DNA from: an uncultured Christensenella sp.
GTDB taxonomy: Bacteria; Bacillota; Clostridia; Christensenellales; UBA1242
DNA length: 64,000 nt
Assembly: GCA_964579205.1 (NCBI GenBank)
Contig: CAZOFH010000004.1
Location: 3,172-67,171 of the forward strand
Reading direction: 5' to 3'
Each line of letters starts with the position of its first letter. Position 1 is the first letter of the stretch. This document shows, in pieces, positions 56,783-64,000 of the stretch. The notes below the pieces were generated by a model. It was not told where the DNA came from. It made no database searches and saw nothing but the letters and a program-made list of their open reading frames with translations. Both the position numbers and the translations under genes were made by a program.

Positions 56783-58030
56783 TTATTTGTCTGGTGTCGA
56801 ATCGCTCAAAACCACTTTAGGTAGGTCGGCATCAGTCGTGCCCGCAGTCACCGCATCCCATTCATCGACAGGCGCTGCATCCGTCTCTCTTGCAGACGCA
56901 TCACTGACAATAGCCACATCATTCTCGCGATTAGCCGTGGCGTTACTATCATCAGCCGCCGAACTTACCTCATTATCAGCGACGCCCGATTGACTAACAT
57001 CCTGAGTATCAGTATTGCTTGGATCACTTGTTTTGATATCCACAGCAGCCTCATTGCTTAATATCGACTGCCCAAGAGATGCCTCTAGCGCTCCACCATT
57101 CACAACATCGCCCCCCATCTCAGGTGCATTGAGTATAATATTTTCGTCTTGCGTCATATCGAGCACCTCACCCTCACTCACTTCGGCCACGCCAGCCTTG
57201 CGACCGCGTTTGCTCTCGGTGACAGCTTTGTCATCGACTACGCTAATTTCCGCCCCGAGTTCGTTTATCTCATCACTCGCAATATTACTCTCGAGTTTTT
57301 CCTGTCTCAGTGCTGCGGCAGTGATTTTGTCAAAAATCGCCCGACTTATCACAAAATTCTCTATATTCATCCCATACTCAGCAAATTCCTTTTGCAGGCT
57401 AGGCAAGATGACCCCAGCAAAATTCACCACATCGTCCACCTCTTGGACAGAAATTTTTTTGATTTTGCTCACAGTCTCTTGCACAATTTCACTCAAAAAT
57501 TCCTCTATCCGAGCCCGCGCACGCTCATTGTCAACGCGCGCCCATTCATATAGATAAAATCTCATCATCTCACTCGGGTCGACGCAAGCAATGTCGGCAC
57601 ACCCGCCCAGCACCACATCAAAGCGTTTCTTCTCATCAGGGGCGACAGATTCTTTTTTGAGGAAAATTTCACCAGTCTCCCACTCCACTTGCGCCAGCGC
57701 CTTTTGATTGATAAAATATACAAACGCATCAAATTCCTGCCGATAGACCTTTTCCGTCTTGCCCTTTTGCTCGCGCTTGATAGGCTTGTTGAGTTTGAGG
57801 AGTTTGCTGAGCCTCGGTACACACGCAGTATCCAGCACATACTCGCCCGCCTCAAGGATATCACACGGTTTGTCTTTCGCCACAAAAATGCACCACCACC
57901 CCTGCGGCACCACAATTTTTGTATTCAGTTTTATTCGCAAGAGCCAGTCGTGCGGAGAATAAACAAAGTCGCCTCGGAATTTTTCTGGCAGGGTAATCGC
58001 CTCTTTTGCTTTTTTCTTAAAAAAACTCAT
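56783..58030 (-). CDS. SPFH/band-7-like domain protein with an acidic disordered tail
   Basis: IVVPQGWWCIFV..KPCDILEAGEYVLDT..P.L and FDAFVYFIN resemble YdjI-type SPFH proteins. Confidence 0.65.
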   Translation of the reverse strand: MSFFKKKAKEAITLPEKFRGDFVYSPHDWLLRIKLNTKIVVPQGWWCIFVAKDKPCDILEAGEYVLDTACVPRLSKLLKLNKPIKREQKGKTEKVYRQEFDAFVYFINQKALAQVEWETGEIFLKKESVAPDEKKRFDVVLGGCADIACVDPSEMMRFYLYEWARVDNERARARIEEFLSEIVQETVSKIKKISVQEVDDVVNFAGVILPSLQKEFAEYGMNIENFVISRAIFDKITAAALRQEKLESNIASDEINELGAEISVVDDKAVTESKRGRKAGVAEVSEGEVLDMTQDENIILNAPEMGGDVVNGGALEASLGQSILSNEAAVDIKTSDPSNTDTQDVSQSGVADNEVSSAADDSNATANRENDVAIVSDASARETDAAPVDEWDAVTAGTTDADLPKVVLSDSTPDK

Positions 58031-58161
58031 AAGCACCTCACTTTCTATTAGTATAGCATATGCGCAATAAATAATCTATTTATTCGTCAAAATTTGTGCA
58101 AAAATTTTATTGTAAAAAATTTTTTGCCGACATAAAGTAATGTATAATCTCAGGAGGATGT

Positions 58162-58716
58162 ATGGAATATTTTACAGAATTATTAGGCAAAGAGGTCGTA
58201 TCAATTTTTGAACAAAAAGTCGTCGGCACCCTACTCAATTTGCAAATCGACTGGGCGCAAAAACGCGTCAAAAATCTAGTCATCGTCAGCGCGGACGAAG
58301 AGGCGATTTTTCTACTCAATCCAAAGTTTGTACTAGGCGTGGAAAAATGCATAACTATACGAAATTGTGCAAGTTTAAACATTTCCGTCGAACCCGAATT
58401 ACCACAAATTATTGGCAAAAACGCAATAGACTTGGGCGGCAAATTTTTTGGCAAAATTAACGAAATCGCTATTGAAAAATGGAAAATCCAACTGCTTTAC
58501 GCCGATGAGCCGATTGACACTCAAAAATTAATCTACGTCGCGGACGAATTCGTCCTAATCAACAACTCAACCAAACGCGTTTCGCTACACAATTTCAAGC
58601 CCAAAACGCAGCCCGTGGCGACTACCGCCGCCCAGACAGTGAGTATACTAGACAACGCGAGTTCGGTGGAATTCCCAAAAACAATCACCGCACAAAACAC
58701 TACCAACAGCCAATAA
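58162..58716 (+). CDS. Tandem PRC-barrel protein
   Basis: ELLGKEVVS....VGTLLNLQID and IIGKNAIDLGGKFFGKINEI repeats. Confidence 0.7.
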   Translation: MEYFTELLGKEVVSIFEQKVVGTLLNLQIDWAQKRVKNLVIVSADEEAIFLLNPKFVLGVEKCITIRNCASLNISVEPELPQIIGKNAIDLGGKFFGKINEIAIEKWKIQLLYADEPIDTQKLIYVADEFVLINNSTKRVSLHNFKPKTQPVATTAAQTVSILDNASSVEFPKTITAQNTTNSQ

Positions 58717-58811
58717 AAATGCCAATTTTACGCAAAAAAGTGGCAAAATACTTTACAATCAGGGGGCGCATATGATAGAATATATGCATAATCTAATTTA
58801 AGGAGTTTGCA

Positions 58812-59051
58812 ATGATTTTTGACGAAGTTGTTGAATTACTGAGTGACCAGATGAACATTGACAAATCAATGCTCAGACCGGAGACTCGTTTTGTAGAGGA
58901 TTTGCACACAGATTCTCTCGATATGGTAGAGATGCTGATCGCACTGGAGGACAAGTATAATATTACTGTCCCTGACGAGGATACAAAGCAACTCGAGACC
59001 CTAGGGAAACTCGTAGAGTATGTTGAGGCGAAAATCGCTCAAAGTGAATAA
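58812..59051 (+). CDS. acpP: Acyl carrier protein
   Basis: FVEDLHTDSLDMVEM phosphopantetheine serine motif; acidic; 79 aa. Confidence 0.92.
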   Translation: MIFDEVVELLSDQMNIDKSMLRPETRFVEDLHTDSLDMVEMLIALEDKYNITVPDEDTKQLETLGKLVEYVEAKIAQSE

Positions 59052-59115
59052 TTATGCAAAAAGGCGCCCTATCACGGACTGCCTTTTTTGTTTTATTTGA
59101 GACCACAATTTGCGA

Positions 59116-59700
59116 TTATTTTGTCCCCAAATCAAGGTACAAGTTTGGGTCAACGGCTTCGTCATTGAGCAACACCTCAAGATGCAAATGCGCACCCTCG
59201 ACCGACTCACTCTTGGCAGTCTTGCCGACTTTGCCGATCACGCTACCTTTGGTCACTTTGTCACCAGCCTTGACTGGCACATCACTAGCGAGCGATGCAT
59301 ACACCACGATAATGCCGCCACCAATATCAAGTTTTACAATATTACCCATCAGGTAATTGTAGGTCACCTCTTTGACAGTGCCGTCCATTACTGCATAGAC
59401 ATCGCTGCCTTCCGCAGCCTCAAAGTCCATTGCCTTGTGAGCCTGCCACCATCCATAAGTCGTACTGTACTGCAATTTTGTGTTTGAGTAATCTTTCATC
59501 AAATTTACCTCATCCACTGGGTTGCAAAAGATAATTTCCGTAGTCGACACAGGTTCATTCATATCCAAACTGCTGTCAATCGGAGCAGTATTACGGACTG
59601 CGGCCAAGGTCACTATCACAGCCAAAATCACAATGCAACAGAACAGCCCCACCCAGTATCCATAAGTTTTGAAAAAGTTTTTGATATTCAATTTGTTCAT
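59116..59700 (-). CDS. M23 peptidase with N-terminal TM, SpoIIQ-like
   Basis: HKAMDF and HLHLEV motifs; short N-anchored architecture; downstream of the ywmB-like gene. Confidence 0.8.
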   Translation of the reverse strand: MNKLNIKNFFKTYGYWVGLFCCIVILAVIVTLAAVRNTAPIDSSLDMNEPVSTTEIIFCNPVDEVNLMKDYSNTKLQYSTTYGWWQAHKAMDFEAAEGSDVYAVMDGTVKEVTYNYLMGNIVKLDIGGGIIVVYASLASDVPVKAGDKVTKGSVIGKVGKTAKSESVEGAHLHLEVLLNDEAVDPNLYLDLGTK

Positions 59701-59831
59701 TTTTGCCTCCTTTCGCCTAGATTATGGACAAGAAAAATTATTTTAATCAATTTTTTCGTAATTAAGATAGTTTTTATTGATTTTTTGTGAAATTCACGTT
59801 TCTGTTGAACACTTATGCTAGCAGGCTCGCT

Positions 59832-59947
59832 CGCCACAACGCGGCTTGCCGTGGTGCGTGCCCAAGGCACGCACAATGCGCCGACTGGCGCATCAGGCGC
59901 CCTGCGGGCGCCTCAAGGCAAGCCGCCCGTTCCACCGCCCAGCCACA
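59832..59947. repeat. GC-rich multibranch palindromic repeat, family A copy 2 (inverted)
   Basis: gcggcttgcc (59841-59850)/ggcaagccgc (59917-59926) enclosing the same three hairpins in reverse order. Confidence 0.85.
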
Positions 59948-59963
59948 CGCATACAACGACTCA

Positions 59964-60425
59964 TCACGCGCCGCACAAAATCAACGGATAACCTATCGTC
60001 GTTAGTTCTGGCGAAATCGCGATTTGGATATTGATTTTTTGCCCATTATATGACACAAACCGAGAAAATTGGGGGCTAAAAGCGCAAATAAAATGCATTC
60101 CGTCGATATTTTCCTCCTCATAGATAGTGGCGCCAATCCGCCCCAAATACTCCGAAATGTCGATTTTTTGTGTAGACATATATATAACTCCTTGGATAAT
60201 CTCAGGTCTCAGCGCGTTTTGCACCACCCTCGCCCTGTCAGTCGGCGCAGAAATTATATAGCCCGAGCCATTTTTGATGATATTTGCGTCCAAAATCTCC
60301 ACGCGCTCGTTTACACAAAAACTTACCCGCCCGCTCTCACTAGGCAAATTGCCCAGAAAATCTGAAGTCGGCGCACAAAACAGCAACAAAATCACGGCAA
60401 ACACTATCCCCAAAAACTTGTACAT
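59964..60425 (-). CDS. YwmB-family protein
   Basis: C-terminal AFSP.....V...GQKINIQIA.....TIGYPLI motif; signal peptide; GAGGT RBS. Confidence 0.75.
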   Translation of the reverse strand: MYKFLGIVFAVILLLFCAPTSDFLGNLPSESGRVSFCVNERVEILDANIIKNGSGYIISAPTDRARVVQNALRPEIIQGVIYMSTQKIDISEYLGRIGATIYEEENIDGMHFICAFSPQFSRFVSYNGQKINIQIAISPELTTIGYPLILCGA

Positions 60426-60499
60426 CACTATTACCTCACTACCCAAAGTATTGCCAAATAGCTGAGGCATAAACAAAAAACCGCTGCATCGCCACCTCT

Positions 60500-60678
60500 C
60501 TGTCATTCAGAGCAGTTGGTTACAACTGCGTGGAATCCGTGAGCCCCTTGGGGCGAACCCCTAAGCAAAACTGCTTTCACATAGCACAAAGAGGCAGGAA
60601 CTTGATTTTATTATTTTAGTCTAGGTTCGGCTACCGCCTCACAGATCCCTCGCAACCTGCAGTTGCTCTGAATGACAG
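60500..60678. repeat. REP/MITE-like long imperfect palindrome with 15-bp terminal inverted repeats, family B
   Basis: CTGTCATTCAGAGCA...TGCTCTGAATGACAG; inner ggaatccgtgag...cgaacc pairs with ggttcg...ctcacagatcc. Confidence 0.75.
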
Positions 60679-60870
60679 CGGAAGAAATGAACCCTTATAA
60701 TTTAATTATGCAGAGCATACATCACAGCCAGATTTTTGCTTACACAAGAATCCCTGTTGACTTTACGCTCTATTGAAATGGAACAGTAAAAAAGTAGAAA
60801 CAAAAAAAGCCCCACAGGGCTTTTTGTCCTTATCATTTAGAGTAAAGATTGGGGGATATTGCGAGTGAAA

Positions 60871-61794
60871 TCACAGCCCGCCGAGATTGAGTAGCAAGCA
60901 GGCATATTTGCGAGTCGTTTTGTTGGAAATGTTGGCTTTGATATACTTTTTGAGCGGGCGCTTAAACTTTTTGCCCCTCTTGTACTGAGTCATCAAATCA
61001 ATAAACTCCTTTTTGTCAGGCGACAACTCGTCGTAAAACACATAATTAAAGGTCATCGCCTCGCGAAAACGCAACCTTTTCATCTCGTTACAAAAAAATG
61101 CTTTTAGCGAACGCCACAAAATTTTTATTCCGCCAGAAAAATACCCGAACGCATTATTTGCGTGCTGCCGATAAAGTATCTGCGAATCGCGCGAAAAAAT
61201 CACCTTACCCAAACCACTAGCAATAGTATTAACTGAATAGTCGTGCCCGATGATGCAATGCTTGGGCACACGCAAAAACGCCTCTCGTGTAGCATTATTG
61301 AATACCTCGGTACAGCCATTCGCCCCAGTATTGAGAAGCGCGTTTTGAAAAACATTGGGGTCAGTTTCATCAATATAGCCGCAAGATTTATCTACAATCT
61401 GCTCCAATTTTTCATTCACCACAGTGAGCGAAGTGTAATACAACAGAGGGATAGAGTTATCCTCCTGCTCCAGCGCATCGACCGCATTTTTGAGTTTGTG
61501 AGGCAGCCAAACATCGTCTTGGTCACAAAACGCGTAATAATCGCTCTTGGGAGCATTGGCGACCAACTCTCTAAAACTCAACACAAACCCCACATTTTTG
61601 CCTACCTCGAGTTGGATTTGCCCCTTATCCGCATACTCCTGCAAAATTTGAGTAGTGCTATCGCTACTCCCGTCATCACGGACGCAAATAGTCACATCCA
61701 CACCCTCTTGCGCAAGCAAACTATCTATCTGCTCACGGATAAACTTTTCGCCATTATACGCACTCAAAAGCACTGCCACTTTTTTGTTACTCAT
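60871..61794 (-). CDS. GT2 glycosyltransferase, probable rhamnosyltransferase
   Basis: LLSAYNGEKFIREQIDS, RDDGSSD, FCDQDDVW and YRQH motifs; follows the rml genes. Confidence 0.9.
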   Translation of the reverse strand: MSNKKVAVLLSAYNGEKFIREQIDSLLAQEGVDVTICVRDDGSSDSTTQILQEYADKGQIQLEVGKNVGFVLSFRELVANAPKSDYYAFCDQDDVWLPHKLKNAVDALEQEDNSIPLLYYTSLTVVNEKLEQIVDKSCGYIDETDPNVFQNALLNTGANGCTEVFNNATREAFLRVPKHCIIGHDYSVNTIASGLGKVIFSRDSQILYRQHANNAFGYFSGGIKILWRSLKAFFCNEMKRLRFREAMTFNYVFYDELSPDKKEFIDLMTQYKRGKKFKRPLKKYIKANISNKTTRKYACLLLNLGGL

Positions 61795-62347
61795 CTATTT
61801 CCGCCTCACTTAATATCGGATGCAACTTGTCTTTTTCCGACAAAATTACCTTGCTCAAATCTATATAATCGCCCCAGTTGATACCTAGTTGTGGGTCGCT
61901 ATACAACACGCCACGCTCACCCTCGGGATACCAAAAATTGTCGCACTTGTACGCAAAAACAGCCTTTTCGCTCACCACGCAAAAGCCGTGTGCAAAGCCC
62001 CGAGGGATAAAAAACATTTTTTTATTCTCACCAGAGAGCAGTACTCCCTGCCACTGTCCAAAAGTAGGACTATCTTTGCGCAAATCCACCGCCACATCGT
62101 ATACGGCACCAGAGATAACTCGCACAAGTTTTGCCTGAGGCTTACCCACCTGATAGTGCAACCCGCGCAAGACATTTTTGCTAGAACTACTCTCATTATC
62201 CTGCACAAAATGCGTAGTAATGCCAATATTCAACAAATCCGCCTCGTTGAAAGTTTCCAAAAAATACCCTCTATCATCGCCGAACACCGCTGGCTCGATG
62301 ACTTTTAACCCTTCAATATCAAAGGTCTCAACATTTTTTATCTTCAT
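61787..62347 (-). CDS. rfbC: dTDP-4-dehydrorhamnose 3,5-epimerase
   Basis: FGDDRGYF, FVQDNES, LRGLHYQ and PRGFAHGF motifs. Confidence 0.95.
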   Translation of the reverse strand: MKIKNVETFDIEGLKVIEPAVFGDDRGYFLETFNEADLLNIGITTHFVQDNESSSSKNVLRGLHYQVGKPQAKLVRVISGAVYDVAVDLRKDSPTFGQWQGVLLSGENKKMFFIPRGFAHGFCVVSEKAVFAYKCDNFWYPEGERGVLYSDPQLGINWGDYIDLSKVILSEKDKLHPILSEAEIDE

Positions 62348-63401
62348 TATTGACCCCGTACATATTTTCGTAATATTTCTGATATTCGCCATTCACGATA
62401 TGCTCTACCCACTCGGGATTTTTGCGGTACCAGTCCAGCGTCAAGCGGATACCGTCCTCAAAAGCAGTAGTCGGCAACCACCCCAATTCACGACTGATTT
62501 TTGTAGGGTCAATCGCATATCGCCTATCGTGACCTAGTCTATCGCGAACAAATGTAATCAAGTCCTCCCCGCACGCTTTATTCACATTTTGCTTCACATA
62601 ATCGATAATGCACTTGACGATATAGAGGTTTTCCTTTTCGTTGTGACCGCCGATATTATAAATCTCACCTACAGGTGCAGAATTGATGACCAAATCAATC
62701 GCCCTACAGTGGTCGACAACATACAGCCAATCACGGATTTGCTTCCCGTCACCATAAATCGGGATATTTTTTAGATTGACACAATTATTATAGGTCAGCG
62801 GAATAAGTTTTTCGGGGAATTGATTTGGTCCATAGTTATTAGAGCATCGCGTGATGTTCATCGGAAAGCCAAAAGTATCAAAAAATGCCTTGACCAGCAT
62901 ATCAGCACTAGCCTTGCTCGCTGAATATGGACTGTGAGGATTTAGCGGGGTATCCTCGGTAAAAAATCCATCCGCTCCCAAGGCACCATAGACCTCGTCA
63001 GTAGAAATTTGGATAAACTTTTTGTTAGGCAAAAATTCGTCAGAAGTCGCCCACGCATCTTTGGTCACATTCAGCAGCACCATAGTACCCACAACATTCG
63101 TATTCACAAAACACTGCGGGTCACGAATACTACGGTCAACATGGCTCTCTGCGGCAAAATTGACCACGTAGTCAATATCAAACTGGTCAAAAATCGACTG
63201 TACCATATCACGGTCGGCGATGCTGCCCTTAAAAAAGGTGTAGTTTGGGTTGTCCTCGATATCTTTTAGATTTTCGGGATTACCTGCGTAAGTGAGTGCA
63301 TCGAGATTTATGATACGAATATCATCATAAGTATCAAACAAGTATCTCACAAAGTTTGACCCAATAAATCCGCTACCACCTGTCACCAAGTATGTTTTCA
63401 T
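62328..63401 (-). CDS. rfbB: dTDP-glucose 4,6-dehydratase
   Basis: TGGSGFIGSN, FAAESHVDRSI, STDEVYG and YSASKA motifs. Confidence 0.96.
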   Translation of the reverse strand: MKTYLVTGGSGFIGSNFVRYLFDTYDDIRIINLDALTYAGNPENLKDIEDNPNYTFFKGSIADRDMVQSIFDQFDIDYVVNFAAESHVDRSIRDPQCFVNTNVVGTMVLLNVTKDAWATSDEFLPNKKFIQISTDEVYGALGADGFFTEDTPLNPHSPYSASKASADMLVKAFFDTFGFPMNITRCSNNYGPNQFPEKLIPLTYNNCVNLKNIPIYGDGKQIRDWLYVVDHCRAIDLVINSAPVGEIYNIGGHNEKENLYIVKCIIDYVKQNVNKACGEDLITFVRDRLGHDRRYAIDPTKISRELGWLPTTAFEDGIRLTLDWYRKNPEWVEHIVNGEYQKYYENMYGVNNEDKKC

Positions 63402-63413
63402 CCAATTTTCTCC

Positions 63414-64000
63414 TTATTCTTGAGTATCAAAAAAACTTTTTAGAGCATCACACCACGGACGCATATAGTTTTGCCCAATGGCTCTCAGCGCCAAATTGTC
63501 TAATACAGAATACTTCGGTCTCTTGGCGCGACTGCAAAAAGCATCACTGCTGACAGGGTCGACAGGAGTAGCGATATTATTTATTCGCAAAATCTCCACC
63601 GCAAAATCATACCAACTACATTGCCCCTCACCGGAGCAGTTGTACAACCCATAGTATTCTGTATCCAAAACGCGCAGCACATTATAAACCAAATCATTCG
63701 CGCTAGTCGGCGTGCCAATCTGGTCATCCACCACGGTCAAACGGTCTCGCGTCTTGGCTAACTCGAGCATTTTGTATACAAAGTTATTACCGTTTTTGCC
63801 ATACAGCCACGAGGTACGGAAAATAAAATACTTGTCACAAATCTCTCGAACAAACTGCTCCCCAGCCAATTTCGTCTTGCCATACACAGTCACAGGAACA
63901 GTCGCATCCGTCTCATTGAGCGGAGTGTCACCATTCCCCTCGTACACATAATCGGTAGAAAAATGCACTAGCGTGATACCGTATTTTTGACACGCACGAG
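63414..64000 (-). CDS. rfbD: dTDP-4-dehydrorhamnose reductase (5' end outside the window)
   Basis: HFSTDYVY, VYGKTKLAGE, VDDQIGTPT and RPKYSVL motifs. Confidence 0.93.
   Translation of the reverse strand, partial: RACQKYGITLVHFSTDYVYEGNGDTPLNETDATVPVTVYGKTKLAGEQFVREICDKYFIFRTSWLYGKNGNNFVYKMLELAKTRDRLTVVDDQIGTPTSANDLVYNVLRVLDTEYYGLYNCSGEGQCSWYDFAVEILRINNIATPVDPVSSDAFCSRAKRPKYSVLDNLALRAIGQNYMRPWCDALKSFFDTQE

Overview
This 64 kb window looks like chromosomal DNA from a spore-forming, low-GC Clostridia-like anaerobe (taxon inferred from gene content only). The flanks hold ordinary housekeeping and sporulation genes: SPOCS/LysM coat protein, veg, ddl, hpf, SpoVB-like flippase, lemA, addAB, tRNA-Arg(ACG), amidase, acpP, SpoIIQ-like M23 peptidase, YwmB-like protein and rmlDBC plus a GT2. 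The centre (about 25.1-54.15 kb) is a 29 kb three-gene locus. It has two colinear paralogous giant proteins (about 4,400 aa each, N-terminal membrane anchor, FN3/Ig-like beta-rich stalk) that carry different C-terminal tips. Between them lies a secreted or anchored 565-aa protein built from three nested CxxCxGxG zinc-knuckle arms. The third arm is homologous to a cassette inserted into a beta-hairpin at the tip of one giant. The other giant lacks that cassette and ends in a Pro/Ser/Thr linker plus an amphipathic helical tail. Both giant genes have a near-identical sigmaA promoter with a perfect DnaA box at the predicted start site. The window also has three families of small dispersed palindromic or tandem repeats. 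I saw no CRISPR array, reverse transcriptase, integrase or transposase. All family calls come from motif recognition by eye, with no database searches.
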